A DNA stretch of 64,000 nucleotides from an uncultured Acidobacteriaceae bacterium (GCA_963731525.1 CAVSWK010000024.1:72164-136163), one strand, 5' to 3'. Counted from the stretch's first letter, positions 19,059 to 28,946 are shown. A program made the numbers and translations. The notes: a model not told the origin generated them from the letters alone.

Positions 19059-21512
19059 CTACTTGTGAAATGCGACATCCACATTAGGCGGACGAAAGTC
19101 CACCTGGAAATTCGTAAAGATCAAATCGCGCTTACCGCTGTGATTGAGATCAGCGGCGGTCATTGAGACCGTGTCCGCTCCGGAAGCAAAGAACGACCGG
19201 CTGAACTGGCCGTTGCTATTGTCGAAGAAAATCACTGCCTGCTGGGCAAGCATCAGCCCCGCCGCAACGTCAAGGTGGCCGTCGTTGTTGAAGTCTCCCA
19301 CTGCCAGTCCGCCCACATTTCCTCCCGTGTTGAGTTCGGTGGCCAAATAAAAGGTGCCGTCACTTTGACCGTAGTAGATGCCGATGCTCTGCTCGTCGCC
19401 AAGTGAAATCGCGACATCATCCTTGCCGTCTCCGTTGAAGTCGGCGACCACGGCGACCGCTCCGTCGACGAGCGGCAAAACTTCACTCGTTACAACGTCA
19501 AAAGTCCGATTGCCTGCGTTGAGCAAGGTAGCTCCGCCGACCGCGATGTCCAGCTTGCCATCGCCGTTGAAATCGCCGATGACGTAAGGTCCGCTTGAAT
19601 ACACGTTGGGCGTAGCCACCGGAGTGAACTGATAATCGCCGTTGCCATAGAAGATTTGACCAACGCCAACGATGTCGGGATGACCATCGCCATCCATATC
19701 GGCTACCATAATTGGCCCGTTGATAGGTGGCAGGGTAATTGGGGAGGATGAGAAACCGAATGTTCCATTGTTTGGCCAGATGACCAGACCGGCGTCTGAA
19801 TTCCCGATCAGATCAACCACGCCTTTTCCGGTGAGGTCGGCCACCATGAAAGAAGTTGGGTTCGTGTTGGCTGTGAACTGGAATGAATCGTTGCCCTGGT
19901 TCTGAAAGACCGTGCCGGAGATGTTGTCAGGAACTCCTCCAACGAAGATGTCCAGCAGGCCGTCGCCGTTGATGTCCCCGGCGTATGCGGTCGTGGCCAC
20001 TTGCGGCGTTAGAGCAAGGGCCGAAGGAAAATTGCGACCGGTTTGACCAAGCGCAACCGATACGAAACTGAAACGATCCGGCACAATAACATCAGGCAGG
20101 CCGTCGCCGTTGATGTCTCCTTCCGCGATGCCTACTCCTTGCGGTCCGACTACCTGCTGCGGCGTAAAGTTTCCGTGTCCGTCGCCAAACAAGTAGAGAA
20201 TATGCGATGGCTCGGTCTCGCCGTCTGTACCAGCCAGGTCGGGAAACCCGTCGTGATCAAAATCGCCGATCACAAACTGGTAAACGTCATAGCCAGGAGG
20301 GGAGATCGTCACACTCGAAACTTGCTGAAACGAGCCGTCGCCTTTGCCCTTGAATGAATAGAGCTGGAGGACGGTGTTTGGTTGTACCACCTGCACTACA
20401 AGGTCTGGAATTCCATCCAAATTGAAGTCGATGATGTTGGTCAAGCCGCCGATTCCGTTGAGGCCGGGCGTGGGACTATCGGAGAATCGGCCCGATCCTT
20501 GGTTCAACAGAGTGTGGACAACAAACGGCCCTAACGGCGAATTTTGCGTCGAGTAAACGATGTCGGGTTTGCCGTCGCCGTTGAGGTCTCCAATCGAGAA
20601 GTAGGTGTTGCCATTCATTGTGGACAGAATGGCAGCGGCAGGAAAGTTTCCTCCACCGGTGTTCCGCAGCCATTGCAAGTTGCTCGTCGTTCCCGATCCT
20701 TGCTCGCCTGAGAGTACCAAGTCCTTCAGTCCGTCGCCATCAAGGTCTGCGAGGTACTCAGTGACGGGAGTACCGAGATATGGCACCTGCGAGGAAGCGG
20801 TTTGCTGGAAATTGCCGTGCCCGTCGCCGTGAAAAACCGTGACCACACTATTGGACCCCGATTGGGTCACGGACACGAGATCAGCGATGCCGTCACCATC
20901 CACATCGCCGACAAGGAGCGCATAAGGGGTCACCATGGAAATAACGGTAGGAGGAGCGAGTGAACCATCCGAGCGGCCATCCAAGATAGCAATCCCCCCG
21001 GAACCGTTGGGGACATCGTTCGGCATGATAACGTCGGCTAGACCATCGCCGTTGACATCGGCGACAGCGATCCAAGGCGCGTCACTCTCTGTGCCGACCA
21101 GAAAGCCAGGAATCGCATTCATGACGAATGGACCTTGCTGCGGCGCATAAACGCTAAGCGAAACGGCATTGGAAGTGCCGGTACTCTGCTGCACAGTGAT
21201 CTGATGGGTGGCGACTGTGTTATCGAAACTAGGACTAACCTCGGCTTGCAGTGTATGAGGATCTAATATATCCGTGGAAACTGCTTGTCCGTCTATTTGT
21301 ACGAGGGCGTCGGAATTGAAGTTCGACCCGGAAACCAACAAAGTGCCGAGCGGGACGCCCACCATCAGGTTGGTAGGCGACAGAGTTGCGATTGTTGGAC
21401 CAGTACCGCCGCCACCACCACCGCCTGATCCGCCGGAACTTCCGCCACAGGAACAAAACGTCAGCAGCACGACCGTGAGGCCCATGCACACCAGTGGGCG
21501 ATAACTGACCAT
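19059..21512 (-). CDS. secreted IPT/TIG plus FG-GAP/VCBS repeat protein (about 14 blades)
   Basis: Signal/lipobox LLTFCSCGG, a Gly/Ser linker, an IPT-like domain, then about 14 repeats of the D.(N/D)GDG..D(L/I)V type. Confidence 0.85.
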   Translation of the reverse strand: MVSYRPLVCMGLTVVLLTFCSCGGSSGGSGGGGGGGTGPTIATLSPTNLMVGVPLGTLLVSGSNFNSDALVQIDGQAVSTDILDPHTLQAEVSPSFDNTVATHQITVQQSTGTSNAVSLSVYAPQQGPFVMNAIPGFLVGTESDAPWIAVADVNGDGLADVIMPNDVPNGSGGIAILDGRSDGSLAPPTVISMVTPYALLVGDVDGDGIADLVSVTQSGSNSVVTVFHGDGHGNFQQTASSQVPYLGTPVTEYLADLDGDGLKDLVLSGEQGSGTTSNLQWLRNTGGGNFPAAAILSTMNGNTYFSIGDLNGDGKPDIVYSTQNSPLGPFVVHTLLNQGSGRFSDSPTPGLNGIGGLTNIIDFNLDGIPDLVVQVVQPNTVLQLYSFKGKGDGSFQQVSSVTISPPGYDVYQFVIGDFDHDGFPDLAGTDGETEPSHILYLFGDGHGNFTPQQVVGPQGVGIAEGDINGDGLPDVIVPDRFSFVSVALGQTGRNFPSALALTPQVATTAYAGDINGDGLLDIFVGGVPDNISGTVFQNQGNDSFQFTANTNPTSFMVADLTGKGVVDLIGNSDAGLVIWPNNGTFGFSSSPITLPPINGPIMVADMDGDGHPDIVGVGQIFYGNGDYQFTPVATPNVYSSGPYVIGDFNGDGKLDIAVGGATLLNAGNRTFDVVTSEVLPLVDGAVAVVADFNGDGKDDVAISLGDEQSIGIYYGQSDGTFYLATELNTGGNVGGLAVGDFNNDGHLDVAAGLMLAQQAVIFFDNSNGQFSRSFFASGADTVSMTAADLNHSGKRDLIFTNFQVDFRPPNVDVAFHK

Positions 21513-21744
21513 CTGCCGTATTACACAGCAGAGTAAGTGCATTGTCCACAGAGGACAACGGCTCTAAAGTTATCTTCCGGGACGGAGAGAGGAGAATTCT
21601 CTGCACAGAAGTCGGTCCCGTCCGATCAGCTTGGAAGAAATCTGCGATCCGATTGCAATCCGTTTGCTGGTTTACCACTGCTTTCCAAGTACTTTCATGC
21701 CATCCGTGGCCCTGCATGTTGTTGAATTTACGTTGTCATGCGGA

Positions 21745-21768
21745 TTCGACTCACACACGCTTCCGCCA
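21745..21768 (+). repeat. direct repeat of tRNA-Sec 3' end (att-like, 24 nt)
   Basis: TTCGACTCACACACGCTTCCGCCA is identical to 7489-7512. Identity starts in the T-loop. Confidence 0.9.
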
Positions 21769-21994
21769 TTTAGTTTCAGTGATTTATGGGAAGACGCAGG
21801 TCGTCGCATACTGAGAATTACGGGCAATCAGAGTTTGCGGTGATAAAAACGTGAGCGCGATCGGTTACTGGGTCACGGGCTGATGTCACTGCTGCAGGGG
21901 CGATTCGCGGGGCTCTCGGTGGGCTCGGAAACCCACAGCAAGCCATTCCCGGTCGGCGTGTAGGCATTGAATCATTGAGCCACTTTCCAATGAT

Positions 21995-23596
21995 TCAATG
22001 ACTCGATTCAGGAAACTTAAAGTCAACGTTGATCCGGATTAGGTTCTTCACCGGTTTTCCATCAAGCTCATAGGGTTTGTACCGCCAGTGCTGCACTGCG
22101 TCCACGGCGGGCTGGGCAAGCAAAGGCTCGCCCTCGATAACTCTGACATCGCGCAACGTTCCATCCTCCATGATCACTGCGGCCAGAACGACCTTGCCCT
22201 CCAGGCGCAGCAGACGGGCCTGGGCAGGATAGACTGGCGGAACGCGGTGCACGAGCTGGCCGCCCGAAATCCCGCGCGACACCGGCACACCGAGCCCGGG
22301 CAACGAAACTTTCGTGGAGAGAACTTCGTTGAGAGCGGACTGATTCGTCGAGCCGGCGGAGATCGAGGGCGGCTCGGTCGAGGCGGTCTCATCCGAGCGC
22401 GAATCGGTGGAGCGCGAGGCGTTGTGCGATCCAATCTGCGCGCGGGGAACCTCGTGCGTGACGGTGAAATCGGCACCAACGTCCGTCGCAGTTTTCTCTC
22501 CCGAGACTACGTCCACTTTTGAGGCGAACTTCACGGGAGTTCCGGCTGAAGTCTTTCCGCTGGATGGAAACAGGGATTCGCCACCCGGATTCGCCTTCCA
22601 GAGTGGGTCATTATCGGGAGGATGTTTGTCGGGAGAATGTGCGGTTACGGCGTTGACGGTTGTGGTGCCGACAGAAGACGGCTTCGCCGCATGCGCCTTG
22701 CCATCCGCTTTATCCGGACCTCGCCACCCAAGCCAGATCACCAGGGCAAGCAGCGAGATCGCCACGAGGCCGATGGCGCCCAAAGCAAACGGTCGCGATC
22801 GAGTTCCCAGGAAAGCGAGAGCCACGTCCCTGACACCATCCGACACCGGTAGCAGGCTGGAGGATTGCGGCGTCGCCACCGGAAAGGTCGGCGCGGCGGA
22901 CGATGCGCCATGCGGTTGCGATGCGCGTGCGCGTTCCGCGAGCTCTGCCAGTTGTTGAAGAAGAGCAAGATGCTGTTTGCTGAAGGCTGCGGGCTGGGTG
23001 GAAAAAGCTTCGAGAATTCCGTTGATCTCGCGCCGACCCTGAATCGGCAAGACGGCAATCGAGCGCAAACCGAGGCTGCGGCAGACTTCCACATCGACGA
23101 GCGGATCATTCTCGGTATCTGCGCAATGCTGAATTTTACCGGTGCGCAAACACTCCCCCGAGATTCCAGTCTCCGCACCCAACTGCGCACCGAGAGCGGG
23201 AGCCGTGTCGCCACTGCGCGCGCGGCACACCATCGCGCCTTCCTTCCACATCACAAGTGCGGCTCCGGAGGCGCCCGTCAGTTGTCGGGCGGCGTCTGTG
23301 ATGGTCGCCAGTATCGGGTCCAGGCGGTGGCCCCCGGCTGCGATCAGCTCCTTCAGGGGCGACAGGGCAGCGCTCTCGTCAAAGTTGCCGGACCGACTGG
23401 AGGAAGTTTCCGGCGAAGAATCGCGGGCAAAAGCACTGAGTATTTTCCCGGAGCGAAGCGGCTTTGGTTGAGGCACAACCACAGGTCTCTCTCGGTCGGT
23501 AAATTGCCGGACAAAACCAGTAGAACACAAGCGAAGCGCGCGATTTTGCCGAAGTATGAGCCAACTCCGCGCGCCTGTCAAGACAACGCTCCACAT
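21995..23596 (-). CDS. GAF domain - TM - TonB C-terminal domain protein
   Basis: GAF-like region (HCADTENDPLVDVEVCRSLGLRSIAVLPIQGRREINGILEAFS), TM helix FALGAIGLVAISLLALVIWLGW, C-terminal PPVYPAQARLLRLEGKVVLAAVI...YKPYELDGKPV (TonB_C). Start uncertain. Confidence 0.75.
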   Translation of the reverse strand: MWSVVLTGARSWLILRQNRALRLCSTGFVRQFTDRERPVVVPQPKPLRSGKILSAFARDSSPETSSSRSGNFDESAALSPLKELIAAGGHRLDPILATITDAARQLTGASGAALVMWKEGAMVCRARSGDTAPALGAQLGAETGISGECLRTGKIQHCADTENDPLVDVEVCRSLGLRSIAVLPIQGRREINGILEAFSTQPAAFSKQHLALLQQLAELAERARASQPHGASSAAPTFPVATPQSSSLLPVSDGVRDVALAFLGTRSRPFALGAIGLVAISLLALVIWLGWRGPDKADGKAHAAKPSSVGTTTVNAVTAHSPDKHPPDNDPLWKANPGGESLFPSSGKTSAGTPVKFASKVDVVSGEKTATDVGADFTVTHEVPRAQIGSHNASRSTDSRSDETASTEPPSISAGSTNQSALNEVLSTKVSLPGLGVPVSRGISGGQLVHRVPPVYPAQARLLRLEGKVVLAAVIMEDGTLRDVRVIEGEPLLAQPAVDAVQHWRYKPYELDGKPVKNLIRINVDFKFPESSH

Positions 23597-23661
23597 GCCA
23601 GCAGCACTCTCGGCACTATTTTTCTGCCTTGTTTCCAGTCCTTGAAGTGTTTCAGCTTAAG

Positions 23662-24311
23662 TAGGCCTGCCCCTCAATTATGCTCACGGCCCCGAGCGTC
23701 GTGGGCGTTTCATGGAAATCCCTTCATCATGCGACTGCTGCTTTCGTCGGTCCCTCTGATCGCTTCGACTTTCGCCGGTTGCGGGTTCTTCTTGTCGGGA
23801 GCGGGCTTGACCCCGTGAACGCTGACCCCTTGCTCCAACTGGGTCATGAGAGTTCGGAGGTTCTCGTCGCCGGCATACAGGAGCTTGCGCATTTCCGCGC
23901 TGGCCCTCAGGGCTTCCTCATACGCGCCCCGAGCTTTGGCAAGAAGCGGAAGGTGTGCAGTCAACGCACTAGCGTTCTTGGTGCACTCGTTCACCGCTTC
24001 TGTGTACGTCTTCATGGTTGGTGGCAACAATGGCTGGTTATCATCTTCGGCAAGAACCTTCTGAGGACCAACTGCGAAATTCCCTTTTTCGTCCCGGTTG
24101 TGTTTTAACGACTCAATCAGCACGGCGCCGACGGACTCCAAGTCCGGCATCTGCGAGGCGAACTCGGGCTGCGCGCCCACAGCATCATCGTGATTTTTCC
24201 ACATTCGCTTCACTCCTTTACATCTTCACTACTCCTGACCGGACGGCGGGAGGTGTGCATTATGTACTGGTTGGCAAGAAGAGTCAAACTTCACGCGCTG
24301 ACGGGGTGCTT
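23662..24311 (-). repeat. ~650-bp segmental duplication, copy 1 (small gene plus its upstream region)
   Basis: About 90% identical by eye to 26829-27463, including the 5' leader and RBS region. Confidence 0.8.
23710..24213 (-). CDS. hypothetical protein (paralog 1), first gene of the GAF-TonB_C operon
   Basis: 167 aa, starting MKRMWKNHDDAVGAQPEF. Long stretches are identical to the 162-aa ORF at 26876-27364. Confidence 0.6.
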   Translation of the reverse strand: MKRMWKNHDDAVGAQPEFASQMPDLESVGAVLIESLKHNRDEKGNFAVGPQKVLAEDDNQPLLPPTMKTYTEAVNECTKNASALTAHLPLLAKARGAYEEALRASAEMRKLLYAGDENLRTLMTQLEQGVSVHGVKPAPDKKNPQPAKVEAIRGTDESSSRMMKGFP

Positions 24312-24468
24312 TCTCGCGCTGCAACCGCGGCGCCAACGAGTGGACCGCCGACGGCGTTAGCACAAGCTTGTGCAATCTGTTCGCCCTTTGATGAGGTCAA
24401 TGAGTGAAATCGGGATGTTTCGCCAACTGTGAAGCGCATTGTCGAATTACTGCTTTCGCGGTTGCACA

Positions 24469-26700
24469 CTATCGTCGCGCGCTCGCGACCTTGATGCCGT
24501 GGGAGCTAGCGGCATAGCGTGCAATGCCTTTGTACAGCGCTTCGGCGACCTGTTCGCGGTAGCCATCGCTGCGCAACTTCTGCTCGTCTGTGGGACTGCT
24601 GACGAACGAAACTTCCGCCAGGATCCCCGGCATCGCGCTTTCCGTCAGCACTACGAAGGTAGCTTCCCTGATGCCGCGGTCGCGCAGACCCGGATTCTGC
24701 GCCGACAGTGTCCCGTACAGGGAGCGCTGCACACTCTCCGCCAGCCTTCTCGACTGCTCAACCCGCCCTTGCAAATCGGCAGGCGAAAGCGATGCTGTCG
24801 CCGCATTCCTGCCGCCTGAGCCTGGCCGCATATCCACATCTTTCGAATCCGGCACCATGAAGAAGCTTGTGTAGTACGTTTCCACCCCGCGCGCCGAAGG
24901 AAGATCGCTGTAGTTGGCGTGCACGGAAACGAATAGATCGGCCTGCGCCTGATTGGCAATACTGGCGCGCTCGGCCAGAGGAACATAGCTGTCATCCTGT
25001 CGCGTGTAGATTACCTCCATTCCCAATCGACCTTCGAGCAACTTGCCCAGCCGCTGCCCAATCTCGAGCACCAGATCTTTTTCGAACAAGCCGTCGCGCC
25101 CCACCGCGCCCCCGTCTCGACCACCGTGGCCCGCATCGACCACGATGCACATCTTGGCAACACGCCGCTGCAGTTGCAAATCTTCCTGCGTCGGCGGCGG
25201 AACCACGATTAATAGTTTGTTTTTCTCCGCTTCGGTCGCATTCGGGGACCGATTCACCGTGCTCTTGGGGCTCGCCCCGAGGTTGCGCACTTCAACCACC
25301 AGCCGGTAGGGATTCGGCTCCAGGCTCACCGAGAAATCTGTGTTGGCCTTCGTCTCCAGCACAATGCGCGTCATGCCGGTCCCGGGCTGAGCCACGCGGA
25401 TGCGTTGGAGCAGTGCATCGCCCACCTCGATTGATTTCCATGCAAGGTTGGAAGCCGGCTCTGTATCGTGCAGATCGAAATAGATGCGATCGGGATTGGC
25501 CAGGCGGTGCACTTCATACTGCACCTGATCTTCAAGATTAAGAACCACCGTACTCGAATCCGCCGCCGACCAGTGCTGGATTCCGGTGACCATGGGAAAC
25601 CTCGACAATTCCTGCGGCTTGGCAGGTGAATCAGTCGCCTGGCTTCCATTGAAAGTCGTGCCCGAATTGATGTTGGCGGGATTCGCTGCCGTCCCTGCGA
25701 ATGGAGCGGCCGGCGCGTCCTTCGCCGCGGCGCCCATCAGCTTCGGCGCCATCTTTTCCGTTCGCGCCGTCTGGTTGGCCAACTGCGACGGTTTCAGCTT
25801 CCACCAGGCTCCTCCCACTAACGCTGAGACAATGACAATGCACACCAGCAGAACCGGCATGCCAGGCCGGCGAGTCACGCTATCCGGTGCCTCGGCTGGC
25901 ATCTCGGGTTCAGCGACGGGCACGGCTTCTGGCTCGCTCAGAGCCGCTTCCAACTTCGTTGCCGCGACCTGCGCGGACTCTGCAAAGCGATCCTCATCCT
26001 CCGGCGTGAGCGCTCCCATCACTAATTCAGCCAGCAAGCCCAGGTTGCGGACATCTCTGTCGTTGAATCCGAACGGTAGCGCTGAAAACGCCTGCAGCAA
26101 CCCAATCCCACGCCTCCGCCCGCACAGCGGCACCGCGACCATGGAGCGTGCGCCCAAGCGCCTGCACGCCTGCAAGTTGACCCGTGCATCCGTCTCGGTG
26201 TCAGCGCAGCTCAGGATCTGGGCCGTGCGGAAGCAGGCCCCGGAGAAAGACGAATCGCGGTCGATGCGCGCGCCCAAGTTGGGCCGGACCGTTCCCGCCG
26301 CCGCCTGCAAAACAATCTCGTTGTTTTCCGCCATCGCAATCGCCAGGCCATCCGCGCCAGTGATCGCTACTGCTATGTCGGCGACGAGTTGAAGTACCTC
26401 ATCCAGAGTGAACTGCTCTCCCTCTTCAAGCTCCGCCTCGGGAACAGCCGCATCGTCCCCGGTCCGGCGAGTTTCTTTCCTCCGGCGCGCCTGCTCGTTC
26501 AGCGCCAAGAACGCCAGTAACGCCTGCAACGTGTTGCGATGCGATGGTTGTTGCGTGGAATCCGCAGGATCTGTGGTGGAGTTCGAAGCGGTCTGCCCGG
26601 GCGAGCAGAGAGGTACTACAACTCCGGCAGAAGAAGTCTGCCCTTCAAGGCTCGGGTTGGTGGTCGCTGTCGCCATTCCTAGCCCAAGTGCACAATTCAA
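24469..26700 (-). CDS. GAF domain - TM - AMIN - N-acetylmuramoyl-L-alanine amidase (AmiC-like)
   Basis: GAF-like region paralogous to 21995-23596 (SCADTETDARVNLQACRRLGARSMVAVPLCGRRRGIGLLQAFS). TM helix VLLVCIVIVSALVGGAWW. AMIN-like block (RIYFDL...RIRVAQ). Amidase_3 motifs (IVVDAGHGGRDGGA, FVSVHAN). Confidence 0.8.
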   Translation of the reverse strand: MNCALGLGMATATTNPSLEGQTSSAGVVVPLCSPGQTASNSTTDPADSTQQPSHRNTLQALLAFLALNEQARRRKETRRTGDDAAVPEAELEEGEQFTLDEVLQLVADIAVAITGADGLAIAMAENNEIVLQAAAGTVRPNLGARIDRDSSFSGACFRTAQILSCADTETDARVNLQACRRLGARSMVAVPLCGRRRGIGLLQAFSALPFGFNDRDVRNLGLLAELVMGALTPEDEDRFAESAQVAATKLEAALSEPEAVPVAEPEMPAEAPDSVTRRPGMPVLLVCIVIVSALVGGAWWKLKPSQLANQTARTEKMAPKLMGAAAKDAPAAPFAGTAANPANINSGTTFNGSQATDSPAKPQELSRFPMVTGIQHWSAADSSTVVLNLEDQVQYEVHRLANPDRIYFDLHDTEPASNLAWKSIEVGDALLQRIRVAQPGTGMTRIVLETKANTDFSVSLEPNPYRLVVEVRNLGASPKSTVNRSPNATEAEKNKLLIVVPPPTQEDLQLQRRVAKMCIVVDAGHGGRDGGAVGRDGLFEKDLVLEIGQRLGKLLEGRLGMEVIYTRQDDSYVPLAERASIANQAQADLFVSVHANYSDLPSARGVETYYTSFFMVPDSKDVDMRPGSGGRNAATASLSPADLQGRVEQSRRLAESVQRSLYGTLSAQNPGLRDRGIREATFVVLTESAMPGILAEVSFVSSPTDEQKLRSDGYREQVAEALYKGIARYAASSHGIKVASARR

Positions 26701-26828
26701 AGCAATATGTACACCAGTAAAATGATCCTCAATTAGTCACTCAGGCTACTGCATCTGGTGAACTGCGTCAGCTAGGAACGGTCTTTCCCCCGACTCCTGC
26801 GGCAGCGTAAGCCGAACGTGACGCGATA

Positions 26829-27463
26829 TAGGCCTGCCCCTCAATTATGCTCACGGCCCCGAGCGTCCTGGGCTTTCATGGAAATATATTCGCACGACCT
26901 CCGCCTTCGGCGGTCGCTCTCATTCTTTCGACTTTCGCCGGTTCAGGGCTTTTCTTGTCGGGAGCGAGCTTGCCTGGTTGAATGCTCACCCCTTGCTCCA
27001 ACTGGGTCATGAGAGTTCGAAGGTTCTCGTCGCCGGCATCCAGGAGCTTGCGCATTTCCGCGCTGGCCCTCAGGGCTTCCTCATACGCGCTCCGAGCTTT
27101 GGCAAGAAGCGGAAGGTGTGCAGTCAACGCACTAGCGTTCTTGGTGCACTCGTTCACCGCTTCTGTGTACGTCTTCATGGTTGGTGGCAACAATGGCTGG
27201 TTATGATCTTCGGCAAGAACCTTCTGGGGAACAATAGCGGAATTCCCTTTCTTGAAAGACTCAACGAGCGCGTCGCCGAGCGACGCCAAGTCCGATCTCT
27301 GCTTCGAGGCGAAATCGGGCTGCGCGCCCACAGCATCATCCTGATTTTTCCACATTCGCTTCACTCCTTTACATCTTCACTACTCCTGACGGGACGACGG
27401 GAGGTGTGCATTATGTACTGGTTGGCCAAGAAGAGTCAAACTTCAGGCCCTGACGGGGTGCTT
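26829..27463 (-). repeat. ~635-bp segmental duplication, copy 2
   Basis: See 23662-24311. Confidence 0.8.
26876..27364 (-). CDS. hypothetical protein (paralog 2), first gene of the GAF-amidase operon
   Basis: 162 aa, a paralog of 23710-24213. Confidence 0.6.
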   Translation of the reverse strand: MKRMWKNQDDAVGAQPDFASKQRSDLASLGDALVESFKKGNSAIVPQKVLAEDHNQPLLPPTMKTYTEAVNECTKNASALTAHLPLLAKARSAYEEALRASAEMRKLLDAGDENLRTLMTQLEQGVSIQPGKLAPDKKSPEPAKVERMRATAEGGGRANIFP

Positions 27464-27507
27464 CCCTTTTGATTGACATTGCTTGCCTGGCTGGAATAAG
27501 TGATGCT

Positions 27508-27670
27508 AACAGGCGTGGCTGTTGAAAAACTCCGTTTCCGCTCCAAACAAGCAAAATTTGGGGGGTAGAAAATGTCTAGGCGACCCGAGGAAGTCGCTTG
27601 TAGGGCTTCCTGACGCGATTTCATTTTTGCGAATTTCGCGGGAAGGAGTTTTTCAACAGCCACGCCTGTT
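27508..27670. repeat. MITE-like element: perfect 26-nt terminal inverted repeats around a 111-nt core
   Basis: AACAGGCGTGGCTGTTGAAAAACTCC at 27508-27533. Its exact reverse complement is at 27645-27670. Confidence 0.7.
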
Positions 27671-27718
27671 TTGAACAACTGACCGAAACAGATGCCGTCA
27701 TGAGCTAAACTCATTCAC

Positions 27719-28063
27719 GTGAAAAAGTCACCAGTTGCTTCCACGAGGCGGTACCATCACATCGGAATTCCCACTACCGAGCGTCGAGAAGGTGAACGCC
27801 TGATCGAGCGCTATGCGACGTTCGTGTCTGGATATGAAACGAGCACCTACGGGATCGAGTGGATGCGGTTCGAACGTGAAGCGCCGGTCCCTGAACTTGT
27901 GCGTACTGTTCCGCATGTCGCCTTCGAAGTGGACGACCTCTCCGCTGAAATCGCCGGAAAAGAGATACTTATTGCGCCCAACTCACCCTCACCGGGCGTG
28001 ACCGTCGCTTTTATTGTCGAGAATGGAGCCCCAGTCGAGTTTCTCCAGTTTGATAAGAAGTGA
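27719..28063 (+). CDS. small VOC/glyoxalase-fold-like protein
   Basis: YHHIGIPT...PHVAFEVDD pattern resembles vicinal-oxygen-chelate fold proteins. GTG start. Confidence 0.45.
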   Translation: MKKSPVASTRRYHHIGIPTTERREGERLIERYATFVSGYETSTYGIEWMRFEREAPVPELVRTVPHVAFEVDDLSAEIAGKEILIAPNSPSPGVTVAFIVENGAPVEFLQFDKK

Positions 28064-28190
28064 TGCTTGAAAACCGTCAATGGGGTTGTGGCGGATCGTT
28101 GGCGAAAAATCTCTTTTACACTCATTAACTGGGTTCCGCCACGGTTTGGTTTTCGCGTTGTCACCGTCACCACGGAGGTGTTCTGATCCT

Positions 28191-28364
28191 ATGATTCGGC
28201 TGCCAATATTGGAAGACGAGTTGGCCTTTCTAGAGAAGCTCTTGCCAGATTTGGAAACAAGGCCGGATTTGGGTCATCTGGCAATTGAGATCAAAAAGCG
28301 AATTGATAAGATTCGTCAAGAGATCCGCGCCCTAAAAACAAAGGGTGACCAAGATTCAAAGTAG
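28191..28364 (+). CDS. small hypothetical coiled-coil protein
   Basis: ATG 28191 with GGAGGTG upstream. 57 aa. Weak support. Confidence 0.3.
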   Translation: MIRLPILEDELAFLEKLLPDLETRPDLGHLAIEIKKRIDKIRQEIRALKTKGDQDSK

Positions 28365-28608
28365 CCCACTGCCCCATTGTTGACGAAATATCGTTTACAC
28401 TCGCAATCCCCGCCTGACCATCCCCCTGTCCTTTAGTCCGAACTCAGAGAACACTTTCGATTAGAGCCGCCGCTCTGATCTGGTGCTATTTTCGATTCGA
28501 AAAGGAGATTGCATAATGCTCAGCCAGCCCTCCCCCCTTTTGTATTTTTGTCCCGCCTCAGCTGGAAATGGAGAAAGCGTTCGTCCGTTAAGATAGCGGA
28601 GCGAACGT

Positions 28609-28923
28609 ATGAGAAAAGAGCGCAAGCATTACACAGCTGAGGAGAAGGTGGCCATTCTGCGGCGCCATCTTTTAGACAAGGTCCCGGTTTCCGATCTGTG
28701 TGAAGAACTGGGCCTGCAGCCGACGGTGTTCTACCGCTGGCAAAAGGAGTTCTTCGAGAACGGAGCGGCCGCCTTCCAAGCGACGGAACGTCCTCGCCGC
28801 CAGGCGGAGGAGAAGCAGAAACGGATTGAGTTCTTGGAGAAGAAGGTGCAGACCAAGGACGAGGTCCTGGCCGAGCTGATGGCGGAGCACATCGCGTTAA
28901 AAAAAAGCGTTGGGGAACTCTGA
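28609..28923 (+). CDS. IS3-family transposase OrfA
   Basis: Identical to 12848-13162. Confidence 0.9.
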   Translation: MRKERKHYTAEEKVAILRRHLLDKVPVSDLCEELGLQPTVFYRWQKEFFENGAAAFQATERPRRQAEEKQKRIEFLEKKVQTKDEVLAELMAEHIALKKSVGEL

Positions 28924-28946
28924 CCGAGACCTGGGTACCACACGAT

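Noticed and set aside
21400-21450. GC-rich CCGCCACCACCACCGCC low-complexity run
   Set aside because: It encodes the Gly/Ser linker (GGSSGGSGGGGGGGTG) after the lipoprotein signal of the FG-GAP protein. It is not an independent repeat element.
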